Assembly: GCF_000092105.1 (NCBI RefSeq)
Contig: NC_014148.1
Coordinates: 1,680,001-1,712,000 of the forward strand
DNA from: Planctopirus limnophila DSM 3776
GTDB lineage: Bacteria > Planctomycetota > Planctomycetia > Planctomycetales > Planctomycetaceae
Direction of reading: 5' to 3'
Length of the DNA: 32,000 bases
The notes below the pieces were generated by a model. It was not told the origin of the DNA, searched no databases, and was given only the letters and a program-made list of their open reading frames with translations. Shown piece by piece: positions 7,882 through 17,225 of the stretch (position 1 is the stretch's first letter; every line of letters starts with the position of its first letter). A program made the translations under genes and the position numbers.

Positions 7882-9201
7882 ATGTCGGCCTCTCCGACTT
7901 TTAATGAGTTCCCCCTAGATGTGCAGACGACAAACGACCTGAGTATGGAACGAATCAGACAGATCCGCCAAGATTTTCCGATTCTCAGTGAACTAGTGCA
8001 TGACAATCTTCCGCTGGTCTATCTTGACTCGGCAGCCACATCTCAGAAACCAAAGGTCGTGGTTGACAAGCTTGTTGAAGCCTATGAGAAATACAACTCG
8101 AATGTTCATCGGGGCATTCACGCCCTGGGCGATCGCATGACGACCGAAATGGAGTCGGCACGCGAAAAGATTGCTCGATTCATCGGTGCTTCAACAGCCG
8201 AGCAGGTGATTTTTACCTCCGGGACGACGATGTCTGTCAACCTGGTTGCGCACGGATGGGCAGCGAAGCATCTACGGCCCGGTGATGAGATTCTGCTCAA
8301 TGAGATGGAGCACCACGCGAACTTTGTTCCCTGGCAAATGGCAGCACAAGCTTCTGGAGCCACTCTGAGGTTTCTCCCTCTCACAGCAGATTGGCAGCTC
8401 GATTTGTCTCGGCTGGATGAGTATATCAACAGCCGAACACGGCTTGTCGCCGTGGCGGGGATGTCGAATGTCACTGGCACAATCCATCCAGTTACTCAAT
8501 TGGCTGATGCCGCTCACGCCGTTGGCGCACGTATCTTTGTCGATGCCGCTCAAAGTGCTGCCCATGGCCTGACCAATGTGCAAGCTGGAAACATCGATTT
8601 TCTAGCGTTCTCAGGCCACAAACTTCTCGGGCCCACAGGTCTTGGCATTCTGTACGGGAAGTCTGAGGCCCTTGAAGAGATTCAACCGGTCTTTGGTGGC
8701 GGGCACATGATCCGTGAGGTCACAAAGTGGGGTTCAACATGGGCCGATCTTCCGGCACGTCTCGAAGCGGGGACCGCGGCCTTTGTCGAATGTGCAGGGA
8801 TGGGCGCAGCAATTGACTATCTGGAATCCATCGGTATGGAGTCGATTGCCAGATACGAGCATTCGCTACTTGAGCTAGCGCATGCAAGAATAAGTAATAT
8901 TAAAGGTATTACGATTTTCGGGCCGCAGTTGTCTAGTAAGGGCGCCATTATCAGCATGTCGCATGATTATATTCATGCCCATGATCTGGCCGACCGTTTG
9001 GATAAGCAAGGTGTAGCAATTAGGGCAAATCATCATTGCACGATGCCTTTGCATGAACTCTTTGGTGTGGCTGCGACAGCACGGGCCAGTTTCGCTTTCT
9101 ATAACACGCCAGATGAAGTGGAAAAACTCGCTTCTGCCATCGAAAAGGCGATTGAATTCTTCCAACGACGACCTCACCGTCGTGCCAATCGATCCCTTTG
9201 A
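7882..9201 (+). CDS. sufS: Cysteine desulfurase, SufS type (class II aminotransferase V)
   Basis: HRGIHALG, the PLP-lysine motif SGHKLLGPTGLGILYGK, and the catalytic Cys loop RANHHCTMPL. Confidence 0.9.
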   Translation: MSASPTFNEFPLDVQTTNDLSMERIRQIRQDFPILSELVHDNLPLVYLDSAATSQKPKVVVDKLVEAYEKYNSNVHRGIHALGDRMTTEMESAREKIARFIGASTAEQVIFTSGTTMSVNLVAHGWAAKHLRPGDEILLNEMEHHANFVPWQMAAQASGATLRFLPLTADWQLDLSRLDEYINSRTRLVAVAGMSNVTGTIHPVTQLADAAHAVGARIFVDAAQSAAHGLTNVQAGNIDFLAFSGHKLLGPTGLGILYGKSEALEEIQPVFGGGHMIREVTKWGSTWADLPARLEAGTAAFVECAGMGAAIDYLESIGMESIARYEHSLLELAHARISNIKGITIFGPQLSSKGAIISMSHDYIHAHDLADRLDKQGVAIRANHHCTMPLHELFGVAATARASFAFYNTPDEVEKLASAIEKAIEFFQRRPHRRANRSL

Positions 9202-9447
9202 TCATGGCGCATTCTTCAGCCCCTGAACTCATACCGTGAAGAGAAATTGTCCAGCAGATTGGTCAATTTCCTCGAATCGCCCAGGGAGTTCGATTGGACA
9301 GACCGATTGTCGCCGTTACGATTTGAAACGGTTGACGGCGTAACGGGTTGAGCAATCTTCCTGCGGAAGATCAGGTCATCACCGTGAATGATGAGTTCCA
9401 GATAATGATGGGCCAGCAGACGACGCCACGCATTAAGAGAGGAAGCT

Positions 9448-9945
9448 ATGCAGACACCTCCTTCAGTTCCACTGGTTGGCGTGATCATGGGGAGCCGCTC
9501 CGATTGGGAAACCATGCGGGTGGCGACAGAAGTGCTCATGAGTTTTGGTGTACTGTTCGAATCGAAGATTGTCTCTGCCCATCGTACTCCGGAGTGGATG
9601 TGCGAATATGCCAGGTCAGCCGAGGAACGTGGCATCAAGGTCATCATTGCCGGAGCTGGAGGTGCAGCCCATTTACCCGGGATGGTGGCCAGCCAAACCA
9701 TATTGCCAGTGCTGGGAGTTCCTGTTCAGAGCAAGTCGCTGCAGGGGCTCGACTCACTGCTTTCCATCGTGCAGATGCCGGGTGGCATCCCTGTTGGAAC
9801 ATTGGCGATTGGCGAAGCGGGCGCACGCAATGCCGCCTTATTGGCAATCCGCATACTGGCCATTTACGATTCTTCGCTGGCAGAACGCCTGCATCAATTC
9901 CATCACGAACAGCGGACGAAAGTCCTCTCTGAGACGCTTCCATGA
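9448..9945 (+). CDS. purE: N5-carboxyaminoimidazole ribonucleotide mutase (class I PurE)
   Basis: [33 protein letters not shown] and GVPV motifs. SD GAGAGGAAG upstream. The stop overlaps the purK ATG (ATGA). Confidence 0.95.
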   Translation: MQTPPSVPLVGVIMGSRSDWETMRVATEVLMSFGVLFESKIVSAHRTPEWMCEYARSAEERGIKVIIAGAGGAAHLPGMVASQTILPVLGVPVQSKSLQGLDSLLSIVQMPGGIPVGTLAIGEAGARNAALLAIRILAIYDSSLAERLHQFHHEQRTKVLSETLP

Positions 9946-11105
9946 GTGCATCGCCGACGACGACAATCATTCAGCCGGGCTCTATCCTGGGAGTCCTCGG
10001 CAGCGGGCAACTCGGACGAATGTTTGCCATCGCTGCTCGTCGGCTGGGTTATCGAGTGCATGTCTACTCTCCCGATGATGACACGCCGACTGGCCAGGTG
10101 GCTGATCTGGAAATTCAAGGAGCTTACGAAGATCTCGACGCGGTCGCTGCGTTCGCGCGTGGTGTTTCGGTGGTCACGTTTGAGTTTGAAAATGTTCCAT
10201 CGGCTACGACGGCTGCCATTGACCAGATCTGTCCAGTCAGACCCGGTGGCCATGTCCTGCACACCACCCAGCATCGCCTGAGGGAGAAATCGTTCTTTGC
10301 CTCACGCGGGTTGCCAGTCACGCCTTTTCGAGCAGTTCGTTCTTTAGTGGATCTGGAACAAGCGGCTGTTGAACTGGGGCTACCAGCGGTTCTGAAGACT
10401 GCATCATGGGGTTACGATGGTAAAGGGCAGGTGATTCTGCGACAGCAATCCGATTTGCCCAAAGCCTGGGAATCGCTGAAGACTGACGAAGGGATTCTCG
10501 AAGCGTTTATCGATTACCAATGTGAAGCCTCTGTCATCGTCGCCCGAGGACTCAATGGTGAAATGGCCATTTATGGCCCGCTACGAAACGAGCACCATCA
10601 TCACATCCTGGATATCACCACTTTCCCTTCGGCTCTCTCGGAAAAGATCGAAAAGGCCGCGATTGAGGTGGCCGTGCAGGCGACTCTGGCTCTGGATGTC
10701 GTTGGAATTCTTTGTATTGAATTTTTCATCACCAAGACGGGTGATGTGTTAATTAATGAGGTGGCACCCAGGCCGCATAACTCGGGTCATTTAACCATCG
10801 ACGGGCATGTGACGTGCCAGTTTGAACAACAGGTGCGGGCCATTTGTGGTCTCCCTCTGGGGTCGAGTGCATCGCACGGCCCGTGTGCCATGGCGAATCT
10901 GCTGGGTGATGTCTGGGTCGAGGCCAAGGGAACCCCTCGCTGGGAAAAAGCTCTGGCTAACCACACCATCAAGCTGCATCTTTACGGCAAAGAAGCAGCT
11001 CGAATGGGCCGCAAAATGGGCCATCTCACGACTGTAGGTACTTCCGTTGCCGAAGCTCGGCAAGCTGTCATCACAGCCCGGCAGAATCTGATGACAAAAG
11101 ATTGA
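9942..11105 (+). CDS. purK: N5-carboxyaminoimidazole ribonucleotide synthase (ATP-grasp)
   Basis: N-terminal [11 protein letters not shown], the ATP-grasp core ([10 protein letters not shown]) and [13 protein letters not shown]. Translationally coupled to purE. Confidence 0.9.
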   Translation: MSASPTTTIIQPGSILGVLGSGQLGRMFAIAARRLGYRVHVYSPDDDTPTGQVADLEIQGAYEDLDAVAAFARGVSVVTFEFENVPSATTAAIDQICPVRPGGHVLHTTQHRLREKSFFASRGLPVTPFRAVRSLVDLEQAAVELGLPAVLKTASWGYDGKGQVILRQQSDLPKAWESLKTDEGILEAFIDYQCEASVIVARGLNGEMAIYGPLRNEHHHHILDITTFPSALSEKIEKAAIEVAVQATLALDVVGILCIEFFITKTGDVLINEVAPRPHNSGHLTIDGHVTCQFEQQVRAICGLPLGSSASHGPCAMANLLGDVWVEAKGTPRWEKALANHTIKLHLYGKEAARMGRKMGHLTTVGTSVAEARQAVITARQNLMTKD

Positions 11106-11141
11106 TCAATCCTTGTTCATCGAACCGGCATCAACTGGGCT

Positions 11142-14100
11142 TCACCTGAAGTCCCGTGACTTTAGTGGAAGTGAGGAAAGTCGAGTCGAAAGATCCTCGA
11201 TCCGGCGGACGATGACGTGAATCACGGTCTCCTTGCATTCGACGTGTCCGTGGACAATCCAGGCTTGAGAATGGCGGGTGATCTTTCGAAAGCGTTCCCA
11301 TGTCTGAATGTGAACAACGAGATTGGCCGTGCCGGTCTCATCCTCAATTGTCACGAAGGTGATTCCCTTGGCAGTGCTGGGACGCTGCCGCATCAGTACG
11401 ATCCCAGCGACTTTTACGAGCGTGTCATCAGGAACTTGAGCGAGACGTTCTGCCGGAATGATTCCCAGCGTTTCAAGCCGTTCTCGGTGGAACGCCAGAG
11501 GATGAGACCGCAAAGAGAGCCCCGTCATCCGGTAGTCGGCATGAACTTCTTCTTCGGGGGCCATCGTCGGTAAGGTCGCCTCTGGTTCCTCCTCCGGTTC
11601 GAGATCGTCGAAGAGCGTTCTTTGCCGAGGCTTTTTCGAGACCGACAACGCATTCCAGACCGCTACCCGGCGAGTCTGATTCAGGCTGGCCAGAGCGTCC
11701 GCTTCCGCCAGTCGTTCAACCTGGGCTTGAGGGAGTGATGTGCGACGAACGAAATCATGCATCGACGTGAAGGAGCCATCACGTCGGCTTTCCACGACGG
11801 TCAAAGCGGCAGATTCCTGTAATCCTTTGATGAGACAAAAACCAAGACGAAGACTCTCTTGTTCGAGCGTGCAATCCCACTCGCTACGGTTCACGTCCAC
11901 AGGCCGAACCTCGATCTGATGTTTGCGAACATCCTGCACCAGTTGAGATGGAGCGTAGAACCCCATGGGTTGACTGTTGATGACCGCCGCCGTGAATTGA
12001 GCGGGGAAGTGGTACTTGAGCCATGCCGAGACGTAGACCAGTAAGGCGAAGCTGGCTGCATGGCTTTCTGGAAAGCCGTACTCCCCGAAACCACGTATCT
12101 GCTGAAAGACCCGTTCGGCGAACTCCCCTTCCAGTCCATGCTGCTTCATGCCATCGAGCAGCTTTTGACGGAACTGGTCGATGACGCCGGGGCGTCTCCA
12201 TGCTCCCATTGCTCGACGCAATTGATCGGCTTCCCCCGGAGTAAATCCCGCCGCCACAATCGCCAGTTGCATACACTGCTCCTGGAAGAGCGGGACGCCA
12301 AGCGTCTTCTTCAGCACTCGCCGGATAGCTTCATTGGGATACGTTTCCTCTTCTTCACCGAAACGTCGTCGCAGGTACGGGTGAACCATGTCACCTTGAA
12401 TGGGACCCGGACGCACGATAGCGACCTCGATCACGAGATCGTAGTAACAGCGCGGCTTGAGCCTGGGGAGCATTGACATCTGGGCCCGGCTCTCAATCTG
12501 AAACACTCCCATCGTGTCGGCACGGCAGATCATGTCATAGACACGTTCATCTCCTTCGGGAATACTCGCCAGCGTGAGGGTCTTGCCGGTCGTCGATTCG
12601 ACCAGAGCGAAGCACTTGCGAATAGCGGTCAACATCCCTAGTGCCAGACAATCGACTTTGAGGATGCCAAGATCGTCAAGATCGTCCTTATTCCATTGCA
12701 CGACCGTGCGTCCATCCATCGCCGCATTCTCGATGGGAACAAGTTCATGCAACGGACCTCGCGTGATGACCATCCCACCGACGTGCTGTGAGAGATGCCG
12801 TGGAAATCCGAGAAGCTCTCCGACAAGATGCACGAACTGCCGACCGGTGATTGACCGGATGTCGAGTCCCGCTTCCTGACATCGCAGACGGAAATCGTCA
12901 GAAGCCCGGTAGTGGTCTGCGTTCTTGGCCAGTCGATCCACCAGATCGAGCGAGAACCCTAAGGCCTTGCCCACATCCCGAATCGCCGAACGGGGGCGGT
13001 AAGTGATTGTGACGGCGGCGATCCCCGCTCGTTCCCTTCCGTACTTATTGTAGAGGTACTGCAAGACCTCTTCCCGGCGTTCGTGCTCGAAATCGACATC
13101 GATGTCGGGAGCTTCGTCCCGTTCCCGGCTGATGAACCGCTCGAAGAGCACATCGATCCGTTCAGGATCAACGGCAGTAATTCCCAGGCAATAACAAACC
13201 GCCGAGTTCGCTGCCGATCCGCGTCCCTGGCAGAGAATGTCACGGGATCGGGCAAAACGCACGATATCCCAAACCGTAAGGAAGTACGGCTCATAGCGGA
13301 GTTCTTCAATCAGGTTCAGTTCGTGTTCCAAAAGATGTCGGATCTTCTCCGGCAACCCGTGCGGATATCTCTGTTCGGCTCCCTGCCACGTCAGATGTTG
13401 CAGGTATTGAATCGGTGAGAAGCCGGGTGGAGCGAGTTCTTCAGGGTACTCGTAGCGGAGTTCATCGAGCGAGAACGTACACTGTTCGGCAATCATCAAC
13501 GTCCGTTCCAACGCCCCTGGTATGTCGCCATAGATCGCCTTGAGTGAATCCAGTGGACGCAGATGACGCTGGGCGTTGGTCTGAAGGGCTTCTCCGACTT
13601 GGGCAACCGTCGTGCCAAGCCGGATCGCTGTCAGAACATCATGCAGCGGTTTGCGGTCAGGGACGTGAAACAGCACGTTTCCCGCTGCCACAAGCGGGAG
13701 GTTCGTTTGTCGAGACAGGTCTTGCAGCCAGCCACGTCGGTAGTGGTCGTGCGGACCTCGATGCAGTTCGGCCAGTAGAAATGCTTCACCGAAGATGTCT
13801 CGATAAAGGTAAGCGTCGTTGATGGAAAACTCTTCACAGTGCAAAGGCGGAACCACTCCTGCCAATAGCCCGGCAGCGTGCTGAGCGATGTCGTCTAAAG
13901 TGAGGTGACACTCTCCCTTCGGTGCCCGTCGTCGACCGGTCGTGATGAGCCGACACAGGTTGGCGTAACCTCGACGATCCTTGACCCACACCACGATCGG
14001 CGAGGCATCGACAGGGCGGATTTCGGACCCGACGATCAGCTTGAGTGGTGGATGATCCTTGGTGGCGGTGTTGGCTCGTACCACGCCCGCGAGCGAGTTG

Positions 14101-14222
14101 ATGTCAGTGACTGCCAGTGCGGAATAGCCCAGTTCGGCAGCACGGGCAACCATCTCGTCGGGATGAGACGCTGCTTCCAGAAACGAGAAGTTGGTCAGGC
14201 AATGCAGTTCGGCGTAAGACAT
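11142..14222 (-). CDS. dnaE2: Error-prone DNA polymerase III alpha-like subunit DnaE2 (ImuC)
   Basis: PHP-domain N-terminus MSYAELHCLTNFSFLEAASHPDEM. About 1026 aa. It is the third gene after imuA-imuB. ATG 14222 (2 nt after the imuB stop) is preferred over the ORF-track start at 14288, which would overlap imuB by 64 nt. Confidence 0.95.
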   Translation of the reverse strand: MSYAELHCLTNFSFLEAASHPDEMVARAAELGYSALAVTDINSLAGVVRANTATKDHPPLKLIVGSEIRPVDASPIVVWVKDRRGYANLCRLITTGRRRAPKGECHLTLDDIAQHAAGLLAGVVPPLHCEEFSINDAYLYRDIFGEAFLLAELHRGPHDHYRRGWLQDLSRQTNLPLVAAGNVLFHVPDRKPLHDVLTAIRLGTTVAQVGEALQTNAQRHLRPLDSLKAIYGDIPGALERTLMIAEQCTFSLDELRYEYPEELAPPGFSPIQYLQHLTWQGAEQRYPHGLPEKIRHLLEHELNLIEELRYEPYFLTVWDIVRFARSRDILCQGRGSAANSAVCYCLGITAVDPERIDVLFERFISRERDEAPDIDVDFEHERREEVLQYLYNKYGRERAGIAAVTITYRPRSAIRDVGKALGFSLDLVDRLAKNADHYRASDDFRLRCQEAGLDIRSITGRQFVHLVGELLGFPRHLSQHVGGMVITRGPLHELVPIENAAMDGRTVVQWNKDDLDDLGILKVDCLALGMLTAIRKCFALVESTTGKTLTLASIPEGDERVYDMICRADTMGVFQIESRAQMSMLPRLKPRCYYDLVIEVAIVRPGPIQGDMVHPYLRRRFGEEEETYPNEAIRRVLKKTLGVPLFQEQCMQLAIVAAGFTPGEADQLRRAMGAWRRPGVIDQFRQKLLDGMKQHGLEGEFAERVFQQIRGFGEYGFPESHAASFALLVYVSAWLKYHFPAQFTAAVINSQPMGFYAPSQLVQDVRKHQIEVRPVDVNRSEWDCTLEQESLRLGFCLIKGLQESAALTVVESRRDGSFTSMHDFVRRTSLPQAQVERLAEADALASLNQTRRVAVWNALSVSKKPRQRTLFDDLEPEEEPEATLPTMAPEEEVHADYRMTGLSLRSHPLAFHRERLETLGIIPAERLAQVPDDTLVKVAGIVLMRQRPSTAKGITFVTIEDETGTANLVVHIQTWERFRKITRHSQAWIVHGHVECKETVIHVIVRRIEDLSTRLSSLPLKSRDFR

Positions 14223-14224
14223 GG

Positions 14225-15760
14225 TTAAAAGAACTCCCCATGCCAGAACCAGCAATGATCCTGAAGGCGTCGGAAGACCCACAGCCATTGGCCTGAAGCT
14301 GTTTCGACACGGTAGTAGTCCCGGCAGACGTATTCACCATCCCACCAGCCGGATTCGATTCGCTCCGGTTCCGTCGAATAGGAAATGTCGAACCGTATTC
14401 CCTGCCAGAACAGCACAGCGGGAGGCCCGTCTGGCAACATAGCGATGACCTCAACAGGTCTTGGCTCAGGAAATAAGGCCGTGGGACGATCAACCCCATG
14501 AAATCGTGCGGGGAACGTGGTGGACTCCGCAGAGTTTACATCGGATACCTGATGCATTTGCACCGCTCGTTCGGGAACAGGATCGGGAAGCAAGCAGGGG
14601 ACGAGGACAGCTTCTGCCCCCAGACGGCTGCTGAGACGATTTACCAGCATCGAGAATTGCCGTGCATGACCTCGTGTGCCTCCATCGAACAACTCCTGTT
14701 GGGCAGCTTCGAGAGGGGATACGTCCAGCGCTTCCATGATCAGAGTGATAACCGGAGATGGAAGCCGCAGTTTTTCCTGTTGGAACCGCAGCAGATCGGT
14801 GATGTGCTGCTGATCGCTGGTTGCTTCGCAGAGACGAAGGCTCAACGATTGTGAGGTACGGTCTTCCATGATCAACCGGCATTCCAGATGGCGAGTGCCG
14901 AGGCATTTCGGGGTGAGCAAGTCCAGCAGTTGTCGCAGCAGCAGAGACCAGAGATGTTCAATGGCTTCCGGGTGAGAAATGCCCTCTTCGAGATTTCGCT
15001 CGACCCGATACGTTGGCAGCGGATGGCAAGGGGTGATCGACTCCGGGCGTCGTCCTTTGAGTTGATCAAGGCGAGTGACAATTTCTGCTCCGAAGCGGCG
15101 TGTCAGCGAAGCACGATCCAAATCCAGCACCTGACGAATGGTCTGGATGCCCAGCCGCTGCAGTTTGGCCAGCGTGGAGTCGTCTAACCGCAGCCCCATC
15201 ACAGGCAGCGGTTCCAGCCGGTGGAGTTCTCCTGCAGGGATAACGACTGGCTGATGCGAACCTGCCAGAAAATGAGCTGCTGCCCAAGCTGAGCCGATGG
15301 TCTCGCTGATGGCGATCCGACTGTGATAACGCTTGTTTGAGAGTGCTCGGTCTAATTCCTCGGCGAGTGCCTGCTCACCGGAAAAGAATTGGGCGACCCC
15401 GGTCACATCCATCAGAATGCTTTCGGGGCGGTCGGTATCTTCCAGTCCAATACGAAAGCTGAACCGCTCACAACGCAGAGCGAGTTCAATTAATGCTTGT
15501 CGATCCTGTGGAGACTGGACCGCTTCCATAATGATGCGGTCGCGAGGTTGGAAAAACGTCCGGGCTTCCGAGACCGGCATTCCTACCCGCACGCCACGTT
15601 TCTGTGCCAGTCGGTTGCCATAGCGAACGAACTCTCCCCGTTGCATCCGCTCGGTCAGCAGGAGGAGACATCGGTCAAGTTCCGGTCGAGCGACGATAAG
15701 TCGCTGGAGCGTCCATTCGGGGAACCAGAGGCAGAGGATTCGCTGAGTGCCTGTTCTCAT
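14225..15760 (-). CDS. imuB: ImuB, catalytically inactive Y-family polymerase-like protein of the mutagenesis cassette
   Basis: Characteristic N-terminus RILCLWFPEWTLQRL. 511 aa. Positioned between imuA and dnaE2. Confidence 0.9.
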   Translation of the reverse strand: MRTGTQRILCLWFPEWTLQRLIVARPELDRCLLLLTERMQRGEFVRYGNRLAQKRGVRVGMPVSEARTFFQPRDRIIMEAVQSPQDRQALIELALRCERFSFRIGLEDTDRPESILMDVTGVAQFFSGEQALAEELDRALSNKRYHSRIAISETIGSAWAAAHFLAGSHQPVVIPAGELHRLEPLPVMGLRLDDSTLAKLQRLGIQTIRQVLDLDRASLTRRFGAEIVTRLDQLKGRRPESITPCHPLPTYRVERNLEEGISHPEAIEHLWSLLLRQLLDLLTPKCLGTRHLECRLIMEDRTSQSLSLRLCEATSDQQHITDLLRFQQEKLRLPSPVITLIMEALDVSPLEAAQQELFDGGTRGHARQFSMLVNRLSSRLGAEAVLVPCLLPDPVPERAVQMHQVSDVNSAESTTFPARFHGVDRPTALFPEPRPVEVIAMLPDGPPAVLFWQGIRFDISYSTEPERIESGWWDGEYVCRDYYRVETASGQWLWVFRRLQDHCWFWHGEFF

Positions 15761-16433
15761 AAAGCGTTCCCTTCCAGCTGTCGATCATGATGTCCGCCAT
15801 GGAGTGATGGGGTTTCCCGTGATGGGAAATAACTTCCACTTGAAAGCCGGGTGAGCCACGCAGAGAAGGGCGTGGATAAACCTTGAACCGGACTTCTGCC
15901 CATGAAGGTTGATGCACGGCTTTCGCGGATCTCACGAGAAAGCCGATCCCTGCTGAATCTTCCGCTGCCAATTGAAGACGTCGAAAGCTGGTGCTGGTGA
16001 TTTGCTCGATATTCGCCCAGACGACCCCGACCGCTTCGCAGCGTAATGCCTCTTCACACGCCCAGAGAGCCTCCCGCTTGGAAGCTGGTCGAATCAGGAT
16101 CAGCCGGGAGAGATCAAAGCCCAGCAGCGAAAGCGACAGTGGAAACAAGTCGTGGCGAGTGTCGATCAGCACCAGCGGACGTCCTGCAGGGCAGACCCTC
16201 CAACCAGTTATCAGGGAAACTGTGCCAGCACCGCTGGAATTACCATCTCCCAGCCACTCGACAAGGCTCCCCTGACGCACTCCCTGGCCGGGAAACAGGG
16301 TGTCCAAGGCACCACAACCTGTTTTGAGATAATGTGTTGAGTATAATGAAGCTCCTCGTTCCCAAGCCCGAATCCGGCTTTGGAGTTCGACAATTGTCTG
16401 CTTCTGGGTATCGTAAAGATTCAGTTTCCCCAT
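15675..16433 (-). CDS. imuA: ImuA, RecA-fold SOS-cassette protein
   Basis: TGCGALDTLFPGQGVRQGSLVEWLG (RecA/ImuA-like loop). 252 aa. First gene of the cassette. AAGGAG SD 6 nt before the ATG. The 3' end overlaps imuB by 86 nt. Confidence 0.8.
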   Translation of the reverse strand: MGKLNLYDTQKQTIVELQSRIRAWERGASLYSTHYLKTGCGALDTLFPGQGVRQGSLVEWLGDGNSSGAGTVSLITGWRVCPAGRPLVLIDTRHDLFPLSLSLLGFDLSRLILIRPASKREALWACEEALRCEAVGVVWANIEQITSTSFRRLQLAAEDSAGIGFLVRSAKAVHQPSWAEVRFKVYPRPSLRGSPGFQVEVISHHGKPHHSMADIMIDSWKGTLYENRHSANPLPLVPRMDAPATYRRSTGT

Positions 16434-16453
16434 GTTCCGCTCCTTGCTTGAAA

Positions 16454-16480
16454 ACTATACATGTGTATATTTTTTGTCAA
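16454..16480 (-). promoter_or_regulatory. Sigma-70-type promoter candidate for imuA-imuB-dnaE2
   Basis: Read on the minus strand: TTGACA (16480-16475), a 15-nt spacer, then TATAGT (16459-16454), about 20 nt upstream of the imuA ATG. The spacer is shorter than the 17-nt optimum. Confidence 0.45.
16456..16469. promoter_or_regulatory. Palindromic operator candidate (TATACA-TG-TGTATA) overlapping the imuA -10 and spacer; possible SOS/LexA-type box
   Basis: Perfect 6-2-6 inverted repeat TATACATGTGTATA in the imuA / SRAP divergent intergenic region. Confidence 0.35.
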
Positions 16481-16550
16481 GCTGCAGGTCGGTCGGCGGA
16501 CGACCGTAGCGTAAGGATGTTCGGTCAAGAAATCGGAATGACGTAAACCA

Positions 16551-17225
16551 ATGTGCGGTCGGTACACCCTCAGAACTCATCTCAACCAACTGCTCCAGCT
16601 CTATGCTGCCCAGTCGCAGGTCGAGTGGGAGCCACGCTACAACATCGCTCCCACACAGCAGGTCGCTGCTGTCCGTTCCATCCCTGATTCGACTTCACGG
16701 GAACTGGTGCTGTTGCGATGGGGACTGGTACCGGCCTGGGCGGACGACCTCAAAATCGGCAACCACATGATCAATGCCCGTGCGGAGACTCTCGCCGAAA
16801 AACCGTCGTTCAAGACCGCACTGAGACGCCGCCGCTGTCTCGTCCTGGCGGACGGCTTCTACGAATGGAGGCAGGAAGGCAAAATAAAACAGCCCCTCTT
16901 CATTCGCATGAAGGACGCAAAACCGTTTGCATTCGCCGGTCTTTGGGAACGCTGGACGAAATCCGGCACGCCCATCGAGACCTGCACGATCATTACGACG
17001 AACGCTAACACCCTCATGTCGGAATTGCACGACCGCATGCCGGTCATCCTTTCCCAGGCTGCTGCTGATATCTGGCTGGATCAGGACATCGAACAACCGG
17101 AGCCGCTGCTGTCGTTGCTCGGCCCCTATCCCGACGATGAGATGGAGGCTTATCCCGTCAGCACGCTGGTCAATTCACCGAAGAATGAATCCAGCGAATG
17201 CATCGTCCCAATCGCATCGGAGTAA
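16551..17225 (+). CDS. yedK: SOS response-associated peptidase (SRAP/YedK family; abasic-site DNA-protein crosslinking enzyme)
   Basis: N-terminal MCGRY (catalytic Cys2), plus NIAPTQ, RWGLVPAW, INARAET, DGFYEW, AFAGLWERW and HDRMPVIL. Confidence 0.9.
   Translation: MCGRYTLRTHLNQLLQLYAAQSQVEWEPRYNIAPTQQVAAVRSIPDSTSRELVLLRWGLVPAWADDLKIGNHMINARAETLAEKPSFKTALRRRRCLVLADGFYEWRQEGKIKQPLFIRMKDAKPFAFAGLWERWTKSGTPIETCTIITTNANTLMSELHDRMPVILSQAAADIWLDQDIEQPEPLLSLLGPYPDDEMEAYPVSTLVNSPKNESSECIVPIASE

Noticed and set aside
9202-9447. Purine, ZTP or PRPP riboswitch upstream of purE
   Set aside because: I could not find the conserved cores on either strand, for example the ZTP CCGCCUGGGC-type pseudoknot segment or the purine-riboswitch three-way junction loops. 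Only generic hairpins are present. It is kept as a low-interest finding, not as an RNA feature.
14223-14288. 22-codon N-terminal extension of dnaE2 given by the ORF track (start at 14288)
   Set aside because: The extension would overlap the imuB 3' end by 64 nt. The conserved PHP-domain N-terminus begins exactly at the Met encoded at 14222 (MSYAELHCL…), 2 nt after the imuB stop.
16490-16506. Short GC hairpin CGGTCG-gcgga-CGACCG in the SRAP upstream region
   Set aside because: It is a 6-bp stem only, with no T-tract and no repeat elsewhere in the window. Probably incidental.
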